Assembly (NCBI GenBank): GCA_963793305.1
Contig: CAWBZV010000003.1
Span: 768,001-832,000 of the forward strand
DNA length: 64,000 bases
Origin: an uncultured Gemmatimonadales bacterium
Lineage (GTDB): Bacteria; Gemmatimonadota; Gemmatimonadetes; Gemmatimonadales; Gemmatimonadaceae
Direction: 5' to 3'
The notes under the pieces are model-generated. The model saw only the letters and a list, made by a program, of their open reading frames with translations, was not told the DNA's origin and made no database searches. Each line of letters opens with the position of its first letter. Position 1 is the stretch's first letter. Below, one piece after another: positions 30,420-40,677 of this stretch. The position numbers were made by a program, and so were the translations under genes.

Positions 30420-31891
30420 TCCGGCACGGACTCGCTGTTCTCGCGATCGCCTCGAGCCTGAGCGCACAGCGAGCCCCGTCGCCGGTGAGCGACGTCGGCG
30501 ACAGCGTCACGATCCACCTCGTGGATGTCGATCTCCGCGTCGCGGTCTCGGCACTCGCGCCATATCTGGACCGGCCGGTCGTCTTCGGCAACGTGCCCGC
30601 GTTACGGGTGACGCTCGAGACGCCGCATCCCGTTCCTCGATCGGATATCGAGCGCCTCTTACGGGGCGTCGTCGAATCCCAAAATATGGAGGTCGTCGTC
30701 GACTCCGCGGCCGGCCTCTATCGAGTCAAGCCGCATGACCCTCTGCCACCGCCGGTCGCGACCTCGCGTGGCACGGGAGCGCATGGCGATGGGCAGGAGC
30801 TCTACGTCATTCATTTGAGCCACGCCCGCGCGGCCAATGTCGCCGCGACGGTCAATGCGCTCTATGGCCACGCGAGCGCGCTCGGCGAGCCGGGCGCGAC
30901 GCGAGAGGGCACGCTCTCGGGTCAGCTGGCGCAGAGCGCGTTTCAACCGGCGCTCGCGCCGCCGCCGACGTCGCCCGGCCCCGGAAGTCTGGCCGGCGGC
31001 AAATCGGCGGCGCTCTCCGGCGAGACCGCGATCATCCCTGATGCCGGGACGAACAGCCTGCTGATCCGCGCCAACCCGGCGGACTACGAGCTCATTGCCG
31101 CGGCGGTCAAGGAGCTCGACATCCGGCCGCTCCAAGTGCTGATCGAGGTGCTGATCGTCGAGATCAGCAAGAACTCGAACTGGACCGCCGGGCTCGGGGT
31201 CACCTTCCCGAATCAACAAGCGAAGGGGACGAGCACATCGATCGGCGGCTCCACGCCGAGCGCGGGGCTCGGCGACTTCGCGTTCAACGTGATGCGGACG
31301 GGGAGTCCGGCGTTCAGCGCGAGCCTCACCGCGGCGGCCGCGAAGGGCGAAGCGCGCATTCTCTCGCGACCCATCGTGTTGGCCGAGAACAACGAGGAGG
31401 CCGAGATCCTGGTCGGGAGCCAGCAGCCGTTCATTCAGGTGCAGCAGACGCAGGTCGGCGCGGTCGCGCAGAATCAGGTCGTGCAGTACCAGGACGTGGG
31501 CACGAAGCTCACGGTGCGTCCCACGATTTCGGCCGATGGGTTTGTGCAACTGCTCCTCACGCAAGAAGTGAATCAGGCGACGACGCAAGTGCAATTCAAC
31601 GCGCCGGTGATTTCGACCCGCACGTTGCGCACGCGGCTCCTCGTGCGGGATAGTCAGACGGTGGTGCTTGGTGGCCTGTCCAGTCGGGAGCGGGACAAGA
31701 ACTCGAGCGGCGTGCCCATCTTGTCGTCGATTCCACTCATCGGCCTCCTGTTCGGGCAACAAGGTCGCACCAACACGGGCACCGAGTTCTTTCTCTTTCT
31801 CACGCCGCACATCGTGCGCGACGATATCGACGCGGCCCGGGTGACGCAGCCGATCGATTCCCTGATGCGGCGGGAGGCGCCCGCGCCATGA
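30410..31891 (+). CDS. gspD: T2SS secretin GspD
   Basis: Signal peptide, TNSLLIR, LDIRPLQVLIEVLIVE, NNEEAEILVG, DVGTKLTVRP, GVPILSSIPLIGLLF. Confidence 0.93.
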   Translation: MAMIRHGLAVLAIASSLSAQRAPSPVSDVGDSVTIHLVDVDLRVAVSALAPYLDRPVVFGNVPALRVTLETPHPVPRSDIERLLRGVVESQNMEVVVDSAAGLYRVKPHDPLPPPVATSRGTGAHGDGQELYVIHLSHARAANVAATVNALYGHASALGEPGATREGTLSGQLAQSAFQPALAPPPTSPGPGSLAGGKSAALSGETAIIPDAGTNSLLIRANPADYELIAAAVKELDIRPLQVLIEVLIVEISKNSNWTAGLGVTFPNQQAKGTSTSIGGSTPSAGLGDFAFNVMRTGSPAFSASLTAAAAKGEARILSRPIVLAENNEEAEILVGSQQPFIQVQQTQVGAVAQNQVVQYQDVGTKLTVRPTISADGFVQLLLTQEVNQATTQVQFNAPVISTRTLRTRLLVRDSQTVVLGGLSSRERDKNSSGVPILSSIPLIGLLFGQQGRTNTGTEFFLFLTPHIVRDDIDAARVTQPIDSLMRREAPAP

Positions 31892-32925
31892 TCGAACGCG
31901 GCGGTGCATTTGACATCGGCCAGCATCTCATCGGTGACTCGCGCGCAATGCAGGAATTGCGCGCGGTCGTGGCGCGTCTGGCGCCGACGAAGTTGGCGGT
32001 CCTGATTCACGGCCCGACCGGGGCCGGGAAAGAGCTCGTCGCGCAGGCGCTCCACGTGCTGAGCCACCGCACGGGCCGGTTCGTTCCCGTCAATGTCGCG
32101 GCCGTTCCCGATGCGATGTTCGAGGATGAGTTCTTTGGCCACGTGCGGGGGGCATTCACGGGAGCCATCCGGGACCGTTTCGGCCTGTTGGCCGAGGCGC
32201 ATCACGGCACGTTGTTTCTCGACGAGGTGGGTTCGTTCAGCGCGACGGCGCAGCCCAAATTGCTCCGCGTGCTGGAGACGCAACTGTTCCGACCGATCGG
32301 CGCGCGGGCCGATCAGCGCAGCGAGTTTCGGACACTGGCCGCGACGAACGAGGAGCTCGAGGATCTCATCGGCGCCCACCGGTTCCGCCGCGATCTCCGC
32401 CGCCGGCTCGCGGAGTGCGTCGTGTACGTCCCACCGCTCGTGGACCGCCGCGAAGATATCGGGCCGCTGGCGCAGCACTTCGCGCAACGCGTCGCGGGGA
32501 CGCGCGCCATCGTGATCACACCGGATGCCCGGCGGGTGCTTCAAACCTACGATTGGCCGGACAACGTGCGGGAGTTGCGGCAGACGATCGAGTGCGCGTT
32601 GGCGCTCGGCGACGGGATGCGCGTCGATGCGAACGGTCTGTGCGCCGCACTCGGCACCCGCGCCACCGCGCGGCCGACTGCGAGCGGCGGCGAGATCGCG
32701 CTCGACCGCCAGCGTCTCGTGCAAGTGCTCGAAGAGTGCGACTGGAACACGGCGACCGCCGCGGAGCGCATCGGCGTGAATCGTTCGACGATCTACCGTC
32801 GGATGTGGCGATTCGGCGTGACGCAGCCAGACAGCAATGATTTGCGCGATTTGCGCCGAACCGACGCAAATCCGCATGCCTCGGACGCAAATGGCGCGAA
32901 TGCGGCCGATCGTGTCACACGGTGA
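31888..32925 (+). CDS. Sigma54-dependent activator (AAA+ + Fis HTH), no N-terminal regulatory domain
   Basis: GPTGAGKE, FFGHVRGAFTGA, LFLDEV, WPDNVREL, AAERIGVNRSTIYRRM. Confidence 0.93.
   Translation: MIERGGAFDIGQHLIGDSRAMQELRAVVARLAPTKLAVLIHGPTGAGKELVAQALHVLSHRTGRFVPVNVAAVPDAMFEDEFFGHVRGAFTGAIRDRFGLLAEAHHGTLFLDEVGSFSATAQPKLLRVLETQLFRPIGARADQRSEFRTLAATNEELEDLIGAHRFRRDLRRRLAECVVYVPPLVDRREDIGPLAQHFAQRVAGTRAIVITPDARRVLQTYDWPDNVRELRQTIECALALGDGMRVDANGLCAALGTRATARPTASGGEIALDRQRLVQVLEECDWNTATAAERIGVNRSTIYRRMWRFGVTQPDSNDLRDLRRTDANPHASDANGANAADRVTR
32839..32901. promoter_or_regulatory. Candidate upstream activator sequences
   Basis: gatttgcg at 32839 and 32848; inverted cgcaaatc at 32865 and cgcaaat at 32886; perfect 8-bp inverted repeat with 9-nt spacer. 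Confidence 0.55.
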
Positions 32926-32964
32926 AGATCCAATGCCACAGGGGGTTAGCGAGATACCGCTGTG

Positions 32965-32980
32965 CGGTCCGTCGCGTGCT
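32965..32980 (+). promoter_or_regulatory. Predicted sigma54 -24/-12 promoter of the Rhs gene
   Basis: cGGtccgtcgcgtGCt: GG 32966-67, N10, GC 32978-79; GGAGG 33007-11 then GTG 33019; -24 box only partly matches consensus. Confidence 0.55.
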
Positions 32981-33018
32981 TAAGAACGCCTCCGACTCTC
33001 GCGCCCGGAGGCGTGTTC

Positions 33019-36000
33019 GTGCTCACGAATTGTTGGCGGTTCGTTCTTGTTGTTGTCTGCGCGTTGCTCGTCGCACTCGCTGGTGGGGTTCAGACGGCGT
33101 CCGCTCAGGTCGTCCCGCACCCACCGCGTCCATTCATCTGCATGCCCGGCCAACCCGGGTGTCACACGTATCCCCCCTCGGCGAGCATCAGCCCGACCAC
33201 TGAGACGGTCTCGTCGCGGACGCTGGCGGTGACGGTGACGCTGTGTGACAGCGTCAGCCTCGGAGCCGATTCGGTCGTCTTCAACGGCACCAACAACACG
33301 AGCGCCTTCACGGTCACGAACGTGACCGGATCGGGCCAATGCGCCGTGGAGAAGAAGCTGACCGCGACGCTTCCGCCACTGAACCTCGGGGCGAACACGC
33401 TCGTCGCGTACGTCTACAATGACTTCAGTGGCAACCTGACGAGCTCCATCGCATCCGTCACGTATACATACAACCCACCGCCGAGCGTCAGCGTGACGCC
33501 GAAGGGCAGCTCGCTCTCGCTCCCGACCTCGGCCTCCGACTCCGTCACGTTCACCGTGACGAGTCTCGAGTCGGGATCCGACAGCGCCGCCTTCACGTGC
33601 TCGGCGCCCGGCATCACCACGAGCTGCACGGTGGTGGCCGGGAAGCGATTGGCGGGCGGCGCCAACGCGCCGATCGCCGTACACCTCAATCAGCCGGCGG
33701 CCGCGACGGGCACGGTCACCTTGACCGCGACGATGACGGGGACCCTGGGCTCCGACAATGGGACCATCAACCTCACGCTCATCGATCGCACCCAAGTCCT
33801 GCGGATCGTCGCCGGCGGAGGGATACAGCAGGTGTTGCCGAGTGCCGCCATCGTCGCGCCATTCACGGTGACGAACTACGGCAACCTGCAGGACACCGTC
33901 AACCTCAGTACCACGTGCCCGGGGTCGGCGTTGAGTGGCAGTTGCACGCCGTCGGTCACCTCCTTCACGCTGACTCCGGGGGCATCGCGTGCCGTCACGG
34001 TGAGCGTCGCGGCCGGCACCACGGTCGGTGCGACCGGAACGGTGGGGTTGGTCGGCGCACTCGCCAGTGGTGGCGTGCGCGACAGCGCGTACACCGACAT
34101 CACCATTCGCGCCGCCCGCTCACACGGCGTCGAGCTCGGCGCGGTGAACGACTTCTCGCAGCAGACGCCCGCCCTCTGCTACGCGCGGGCGATCGTGCCG
34201 CGCGCGGCGTACGAGTGTGGCAACCTCCGCATCGCCCATGCCCTGCCGGCCGTCCGGACCTACAACAAGGTCCGGGTGCCGACGCTGCTGTACAGTAGTC
34301 AGCTCGCGCACCCGCATCCCGTGATCAATGCGATCATCACCCTCGACGCGAGCCAGGGCACGCCCGACAGCGTCCTCGGGCAGCTGATGGATGGGAGTGG
34401 CAATACCCTCGGCCATGGCAAGTGGGCCGGCGCCTCATTCGCCAACGGCGCGTCGCGCGCGGTGAGCATCGGTTACAACGCGAGTGGCGTGACGACGAAC
34501 GAGTACAGCTGGAAGGTGCAAGCGCAGGCGTTCTATCCCGATACGATGCTCCCCTACGTCACGAACGAGTTCTATGCGCTCGTCAGCGCGCAGGCCTCGC
34601 ATCTCGGACACGGCTGGACCGTGGCCGGCGTCGAGTCCATGCACGTCTACTCGTGCGGGTGCTCGATGTTGTGGAATTCGGCGGATGGCAGTGCCGAGTT
34701 TTACTCGAACCAGAGCACGGGTTCGTCGTCGACGTTCGCGCCAACGTCGGGATTGCTGACGCGGCCCGACACGATGAAGACCGATCACTCGACCGGGGTG
34801 CTGCACTACATTCGCTACGCGCCGCACGGCGTGCAGGTGATCTTCGATTCCACGGGGCATCATCTCCAAACGCGCGACCGCCTCGGGCACGTGACCACCT
34901 TCACGTACGTCAATGGGACGGACGTCGCCACCATCACGGTGCCGGCGCCGGGCGCGACGCTAACCTATCAGTTCGTGTACGACGGCACGACGCACATGTT
35001 GGACTCGGTCATCGCGCCGTCCGTCGGGGGGGAGCCGACCCGCGCCACCAAGCTCACGATCAACAGCGCGGGCGATGTGACGGCGATCCGGGACCCGGAT
35101 GGGATGTCGGTCACGTTCAACTATCGCACGGGTGGCGACTCCGACGTCATCACGTCGCTCACGGATCGCCGTGGCACGTATACGGCCTTCACCTACGATG
35201 CCGCGCGGGAGCTGGCGACCGCAACGGTCGACTCGACGAGCGGTGGATTCAATCTGACGACGAGCTTCGCCGGCGCGAACGCCTCGACGCTCACCGCTGC
35301 GCTCAACCAGGATTCGGTCTCGATGCTCGTGAACGGGCCGCGGACCGATGTCAGCGATACGGCGCGGATCTGGACGAATCGCTTTGGCCAGCCGGTCCGG
35401 CTCCGCGATGCGCTCGGCTACGAGACCGACCTGACGATGGGCAATACGACGTACTTGGCGGAGGTGACCCGACTCCGCCACCCCAACGGCCAGGTGCTTG
35501 GCGCGGTCCCCGATCCACGTGGCAACCTACAGAGCGAGACCGACTCGAGCCTCGTCAGCGGTGGTCAGTACGCCACGACGGCCTATACGTACGATGGCAA
35601 GTTCGACTTCGTCACGAGCATCACACCCCCATTGCTCGACGCGACGACGTTCACGTACGACACGGTGAATGGAAATCGACTCACGGCGCGGAATGCGCTC
35701 GGCGACTCGACCACCATCAACTACTTCTACGGCAACAGCGACTCGTTGCTCTCATCATCCCAGCCTCCCCACACGGCCAAGGACTCGATCCAGTACGATG
35801 GCGTCTTCGGCAACGTCGTGGGCGAGATGACGCCGCTCGGGTATTGGACGCTGACCCTCCTCGACGGGTATGGTCGGGATTCGTTGGCCATCACGCCCCT
35901 TCCGGCAGCCGACAAATCGCACGACCCGACGGGCGCGGGCGCCGTACGCGATACGACGGAGACGTTGTACGACCCGCTCGATCGTCCCTACTTCACGCTG

Positions 36001-38574
36001 ACGATCGCGCCGACGTACAACGGCGTGGTGCGCCAGACATCGAGCGTGCTCACCGACTACGACGGGGAAGGCGCCGTTCTCTCGACGCAGATCCAGCCAT
36101 CGCCGGACCCCAACAACATTGAACTGATCACCACGTTCCACTTTTATGACCGCGTCGGGCGGCTGAGCTACACGCAACATCCAGACAATTCGAAGGACAG
36201 CACGTACTACGACGCCGCTGGGAACGTGGATACCATCTATACCCGGCGCGGATACAAGATCCCTCAGGCGTTCGATGCATTGAATCGCATCGTGAAGCGC
36301 ATCGTGCCCTCGGTGTTCTACCCCAAGGACTCGATCGGCATTCCGGCGTTGACGGAGCAGAAGAGCTTCTACCTCACACAGAACCCGCCGTACGGCAATC
36401 TCACGATTCCGGGCGACAGCGCGGCGTTTCGCTATGACGAAGTCAGCAATACCGTCGAGGCGGACAATGCCGATGCGCGGATCAGCCGTGTCTACGACGC
36501 CGCGGGCCGGTTGCTCACCGAGACACAGCGCGTCCGCACGCGTGATGGTCAGAACTTCAATACGCACATCTACACGGTGGGGTACGGCTACGATCGCGAC
36601 AGCCGACGCACACTGGTCGTGCATCCAAGCCAGCTGGCGGCGATCGTCAGCGGCCAGTCCCGCGATACGTCCATCTACGGGTACGACCTGGCATCGCACG
36701 TGAGTACTGTGCGGGACATTCTCGGCGGAACGTTCACCTATGGGTACTCGGCCCGTGGCGATCTCATATCGTTGGCATTCCCCGATGGCGCGACCGAGGA
36801 GCGATTCGGGACCGATGACGACGGGCGCTTGACGAACGATTCGATCGGCCCCCTCAGCGGGGCGGCGAATTCGCGGAAGACGGCGCTGACCTACGATGCG
36901 CGCGGCAAGATCCTGACGGGGGTCAACACCTTCGGCATCCAGGACAACGTATCGGCAACGTATTCCGCCATGGGACACGTCGTCGTGCACAATGCTTCAT
37001 TCATCTTTCCGGCGTACGACGGCAGTCCGCAGCAGAACGGCACGGATGACGAGACGTACACACTGGATCCCCTGGGGAATCAAGTCAGCTCGACCTCGAG
37101 CACCAATATCGCCGTCGGGACCATCTCTGATCCGACGACCAGCCTCGCGTTGGCGGGCTACAACAACCGCATTGGGGAGCAGACGGTGCGTCAGGGAGGG
37201 AGCGCCGGTGTCCATGGCTCAGCCGACGCGCTGTTATACGACGCGGAAGGCAACCTGTACGGGACCTATCAGACATCAATCGTGCAGGGCGACCCCGCGG
37301 TAGATCTCTTCTCGTACTATGGCGCGGACAATCGGCTCCGCATGGCGGACAATCGAACGGTCGCCAATGCGTTCGTCCAGACGCTGACGATTTCGAGCCG
37401 CGCGCTCGAGACCTATCGCTACGACGCGCTCGGCCGCCGGGTGTTCAAGCAAGCCGACGACTGGTGTCCGACCAACACGACGGTCTGGAACTACTGCCAT
37501 CGCGCCACGCTGCGCCGCTTTGTGTGGGACGGCGCGCAAGAGTTGGACGAAATTCAGACGCAGGATACCGCCGTCGTATCGATTGCCGAAGCCGACACCG
37601 GCGTCGTCAAGCTCGGCATCCAATGCAATGGCGTGTGCTCCGACAACAACAAATTCTTCGGTCGAGTGCTGTACACGACCGGATTGACGGTCGACCAGCC
37701 GTTGGCGGTGACGCGTGTGGACTATGCCGACTCGGCGACCGTCGTCAATGGCTTAGCCGGCACGCCGGTGCCGTACTATGTCCACCCGCCACTCACGTTC
37801 GTGCCGGTGTGGAACGCCTACGGCCGGTGGGACGCTGTTCTCGATTACGAGTGCGTGACGATGCCGGGCAGCACGCAGCCGCGCTGCGTCGACTCGCAGG
37901 TCGAACTCGGACTCAATCCATACGACAACCTGCACGTCAACGTCCTCAGTTATATGGGATCGATGTTGGAGGACAAGCGCGATGAGACTGGGACACGATA
38001 CCGGCGGGCTCGCACGTACAATCCGACCACCGGGCTGTTCACACAGGAAGATCCCCTCGGCCTCGCCGGCGGGCTCAACGCCTACGGCTTCGCGGAAAGC
38101 GACCCGGTTAATTATTCCGATCCTTTCGGGTTGTGTCCCTTCGGTCAGGTGGTGTGCAACCTCTTCAATAGTTACGCGAACTGGCGTGACGATCAGGAAA
38201 GTGAGTACAAGGAATTTCACGGCGGCGACCAGGTGGTCGCGCTCGAGGTCCCCGGCATATTTGCCGCTGCCAGCCCCGAAGGCATCGCGGAAGGACTCGG
38301 GGAGATCGGAGAGCAATTCGAAAACATCTCAAACGAACTCAAGACCTCGAATCACTTTCAAGCGGCTCGGATGGAGCAGACGGGCCGCCTGGAGACAGGT
38401 GCCGATCACGCGCATGAGCTCAAGGACTTCGCCAACGGCCTGCGCAACTCCGCGGTCAAACTGAAACGTATCTTGAGTAATCCCAAGCTCGAGGCTGCGG
38501 TTCGTAAAGATGCACAGGAGCTCCTCAGCAACGTCAGCATACTGCGCGACCGTATCATGGAGGCACTGAAGTGA
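33019..38574 (+). CDS. Signal-peptide-bearing Rhs/YD-repeat polymorphic toxin with Ig-like N-terminal domains and Ntox28-like tip
   Basis: Sec signal ...VQTASA|Q; Thr/Ser beta-rich domains; YD repeats; YDALGRR; QEDPLGLAGGLNAYGFAESDPVNYSDPFGL; helical tip DHAHELKDFANGLRN...LSNP. Confidence 0.93.
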   Translation: MLTNCWRFVLVVVCALLVALAGGVQTASAQVVPHPPRPFICMPGQPGCHTYPPSASISPTTETVSSRTLAVTVTLCDSVSLGADSVVFNGTNNTSAFTVTNVTGSGQCAVEKKLTATLPPLNLGANTLVAYVYNDFSGNLTSSIASVTYTYNPPPSVSVTPKGSSLSLPTSASDSVTFTVTSLESGSDSAAFTCSAPGITTSCTVVAGKRLAGGANAPIAVHLNQPAAATGTVTLTATMTGTLGSDNGTINLTLIDRTQVLRIVAGGGIQQVLPSAAIVAPFTVTNYGNLQDTVNLSTTCPGSALSGSCTPSVTSFTLTPGASRAVTVSVAAGTTVGATGTVGLVGALASGGVRDSAYTDITIRAARSHGVELGAVNDFSQQTPALCYARAIVPRAAYECGNLRIAHALPAVRTYNKVRVPTLLYSSQLAHPHPVINAIITLDASQGTPDSVLGQLMDGSGNTLGHGKWAGASFANGASRAVSIGYNASGVTTNEYSWKVQAQAFYPDTMLPYVTNEFYALVSAQASHLGHGWTVAGVESMHVYSCGCSMLWNSADGSAEFYSNQSTGSSSTFAPTSGLLTRPDTMKTDHSTGVLHYIRYAPHGVQVIFDSTGHHLQTRDRLGHVTTFTYVNGTDVATITVPAPGATLTYQFVYDGTTHMLDSVIAPSVGGEPTRATKLTINSAGDVTAIRDPDGMSVTFNYRTGGDSDVITSLTDRRGTYTAFTYDAARELATATVDSTSGGFNLTTSFAGANASTLTAALNQDSVSMLVNGPRTDVSDTARIWTNRFGQPVRLRDALGYETDLTMGNTTYLAEVTRLRHPNGQVLGAVPDPRGNLQSETDSSLVSGGQYATTAYTYDGKFDFVTSITPPLLDATTFTYDTVNGNRLTARNALGDSTTINYFYGNSDSLLSSSQPPHTAKDSIQYDGVFGNVVGEMTPLGYWTLTLLDGYGRDSLAITPLPAADKSHDPTGAGAVRDTTETLYDPLDRPYFTLTIAPTYNGVVRQTSSVLTDYDGEGAVLSTQIQPSPDPNNIELITTFHFYDRVGRLSYTQHPDNSKDSTYYDAAGNVDTIYTRRGYKIPQAFDALNRIVKRIVPSVFYPKDSIGIPALTEQKSFYLTQNPPYGNLTIPGDSAAFRYDEVSNTVEADNADARISRVYDAAGRLLTETQRVRTRDGQNFNTHIYTVGYGYDRDSRRTLVVHPSQLAAIVSGQSRDTSIYGYDLASHVSTVRDILGGTFTYGYSARGDLISLAFPDGATEERFGTDDDGRLTNDSIGPLSGAANSRKTALTYDARGKILTGVNTFGIQDNVSATYSAMGHVVVHNASFIFPAYDGSPQQNGTDDETYTLDPLGNQVSSTSSTNIAVGTISDPTTSLALAGYNNRIGEQTVRQGGSAGVHGSADALLYDAEGNLYGTYQTSIVQGDPAVDLFSYYGADNRLRMADNRTVANAFVQTLTISSRALETYRYDALGRRVFKQADDWCPTNTTVWNYCHRATLRRFVWDGAQELDEIQTQDTAVVSIAEADTGVVKLGIQCNGVCSDNNKFFGRVLYTTGLTVDQPLAVTRVDYADSATVVNGLAGTPVPYYVHPPLTFVPVWNAYGRWDAVLDYECVTMPGSTQPRCVDSQVELGLNPYDNLHVNVLSYMGSMLEDKRDETGTRYRRARTYNPTTGLFTQEDPLGLAGGLNAYGFAESDPVNYSDPFGLCPFGQVVCNLFNSYANWRDDQESEYKEFHGGDQVVALEVPGIFAAASPEGIAEGLGEIGEQFENISNELKTSNHFQAARMEQTGRLETGADHAHELKDFANGLRNSAVKLKRILSNPKLEAAVRKDAQELLSNVSILRDRIMEALK

Positions 38575-39035
38575 ACATAGACCTGTCGCCGTGGAGGGCA
38601 CCGGCGGAGCTCGTCGACGCGATTTGGGCTGCGCGACGCGAGCAGCGGAGGGACCTGCAACCGGCGATCGTGCAACTGCTCGATCACGATAACCCGACCG
38701 TTCGTGAAGAGGCGGTGTCGTTGCTTTTTGTCAAGTGGGCGGATCGCTCGCTTCGTGACCGGCTCATCGGCCTGATGCGATCCGACCCTGATTTCGGGGT
38801 ACGGGCGCGGGCAGCCGGGGCCCTTGGACTGACATCGGACGACCGGAGCCGGCGCCGCGACTGTGAAGTACTCCGGCAGATCGTACTCGATAGGGAAGAC
38901 GACCCGGTCGTCCGTAAGGCGTGTTATGAGGCACTACAAGGAATGATCCACGGCAAGGCAATGCTACTCGACGACGATGTCGATCTCGATGAGGATGTGG
39001 ATTTGGAATGGGTGAAGGCAGCCTGCGGTGACTGA
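38571..39035 (+). CDS. HEAT-repeat immunity protein
   Basis: GTGA overlap with the toxin stop; DHDNPTVREEA, DPDFGVRARAA, DDPVVRKAC repeats. Confidence 0.85.
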   Translation: MNIDLSPWRAPAELVDAIWAARREQRRDLQPAIVQLLDHDNPTVREEAVSLLFVKWADRSLRDRLIGLMRSDPDFGVRARAAGALGLTSDDRSRRRDCEVLRQIVLDREDDPVVRKACYEALQGMIHGKAMLLDDDVDLDEDVDLEWVKAACGD

Positions 39036-39091
39036 GTGGCGCACCGGGCGCTTCACGGTCTTACGTCCACCCTTGACGGGATAAGACGCAA

Positions 39092-39124
39092 GCCGCTAGT
39101 GCGGATTCGGCCCGCACTAGCGGC
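39092..39124. terminator. Perfect 13-bp stem-loop, terminator-like
   Basis: gccgctagtgcgg-attcggc-ccgcactagcggc; weak U-tract. Confidence 0.6.
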
Positions 39125-39137
39125 GCATTCATGGTAA

Positions 39138-39233
39138 TCATTCCGTCACGAGAAAATTGAACTGGCCGAGCCCCTGCGCGCGCGCGAAGTCTGCGGTGCT
39201 GCCGAGGCGGCCCGGTCCGCGCGACGTGATGTA
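39138..39233 (-). repeat. Diverged duplicate of the 3' end of the FkbM gene (43972-44067)
   Basis: YITSRGPGRLGSTADFARAQGLGQFNFLVTE* vs YITSRGPVPLGSTSDFARAQELGQFNFLVTE*. Confidence 0.92.
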
Positions 39234-39562
39234 AGGAAATCGTTCCTGAAGGCATCCATCTCGTGAGCCTCGGTCGCCGTCACGGGCACATTGCGTGTCG
39301 AATCGACCGTCTCCGACGCGAGCAGTTGATCCAAACAGCCGCTCATCCTCGCGCGCTACGCGCGCCGTGCGCGCGATCGACGCCTCGACGTCCACCGGCT
39401 CGCTGGCGGCTTCGACGCTCAACCAGAGGCCGATCCTGGCCCACTCCGCCGCAATCGCGGCCACTGTGTCATTGACTCCGGCGTCGGGCGAATGCTTGGC
39501 AGCTGTCGTCCTCATCTCACTTTGCCTGCGTGCCAGGCCAGGCATCGAGCGCCGTCACCGCG

Positions 39563-40225
39563 GGCGCGCTCGAAGATAAGTTGGATGCTGCAGGTACGGT
39601 GAATCGCCGAGCGCGAACTTACGATCCTCTCACGGGGCGGCTTACGCAGGAGGATCCGGCCGGGTTAGCTGGAGGGCTGAATGAGTACGGTTTTGCAGCC
39701 GGTGATCCGGTCAACTACAGTGATCCGTTCGGCCTGTGTCCACCATGCGACGGCAATGGCGTGTCGCCCCAGCGCCACCATACACCGACCGCTGACGAAG
39801 AGGCATTGCAGGGCCCCGGACTGCTTGATCCTGTCGCAATCGGGACTGGGTTCTTGGCGGGTCCGGTGGATGCTGCGATCACTGGGGCGATAGAACGCGC
39901 TGGTGCGGATGCTGCAGCCACATCGGCTGCCAAAGCGGGCACCAAGGTGTATCGGGTTTTCGGCGGGGAGGCGAAGCCCATGGGTCGCTATTGGACTCCC
40001 GTAAATCCCGCAGAAGTAGCAGGCTTCCGGGCTGCGGCGGGGCTGCCAGTCGAGAACACGGGCCGATTCGTGATCGAAGGGGTGCTGCAGGATGCTACCG
40101 GAGTGCAGGTAGGGCGTGCGGCGGCCGGTGCAGGCGGTAGGGGTGGGATCCCTGAGTTCTTGGTTCCCGCGCCGGCGAAACAGATTCAAATTATAAACGT
40201 GTCTGGCGCGAACCCACCATTCTGA
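39563..40225 (+). pseudogene. Orphan Rhs core fragment + toxin tip 1 (ADP-ribosyltransferase-like, tentative)
   Basis: LEDK...RRARTYDPLTGRLTQEDPAGLAGGLNEYGFAAGDPVNYSDPFGLC mirrors 37957-38136; tip VYRVFGG...GRYWT..P...GLP..N...GGIPEF. Confidence 0.88.
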
Positions 40226-40232
40226 GGGGGGC

Positions 40233-40622
40233 ATGAGCGACAAGGGTCCAGATTTCTTCCTTGGCTCGAGCGACAGCCGCGGTGACTTTGCGCGCGCGCG
40301 TGCAGCATCGGCGCGCGCGCGCCTCGCCGGGCCGAACAACGTTCAGTATCTGTGGATTCGCGTTGAGCCGGCGATAATCGGACAGCCGTACGGCTTAGGC
40401 GGAGCGGATATTCACGACCTGATAATCGCTCCGCACTACGACGGCAGTACCTTGTTCCCGATCAAGGAGTTTCCCATGCCTGTTGTCGTTTACCGTGCAT
40501 TAAGCGATCGGGTGTTCGAGACACTTCGATTCGGTGAAGAAGACGTCTCTAACATCGCATGGGGAGAGCTGTACCGGACGCGCGACGCGGCGGTAGCCGC
40601 CTCGGGGGGCGAAACTCTCTGA
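40233..40622 (+). CDS. Putative cognate immunity protein of tip 1
   Basis: Starts 7 nt after the tip 1 stop with GAGG RBS; small alpha/beta protein. Confidence 0.72.
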   Translation: MSDKGPDFFLGSSDSRGDFARARAASARARLAGPNNVQYLWIRVEPAIIGQPYGLGGADIHDLIIAPHYDGSTLFPIKEFPMPVVVYRALSDRVFETLRFGEEDVSNIAWGELYRTRDAAVAASGGETL

Positions 40623-40677
40623 CGCCACGCTACCTGCAACAAGAGGACAGCGTCTATCCATTTTGCTACGAGTGCGT

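Noticed and set aside
23253..31891. Type IV pilus or competence locus
   Set aside because: GspG and GspK signatures are T2SS-specific, and no PilT or ComEC is present.
39138..39545. 135-aa minus-strand gene
   Set aside because: Looks chimeric: an unidentified gene fragment joined to the duplicated fkbM tail.
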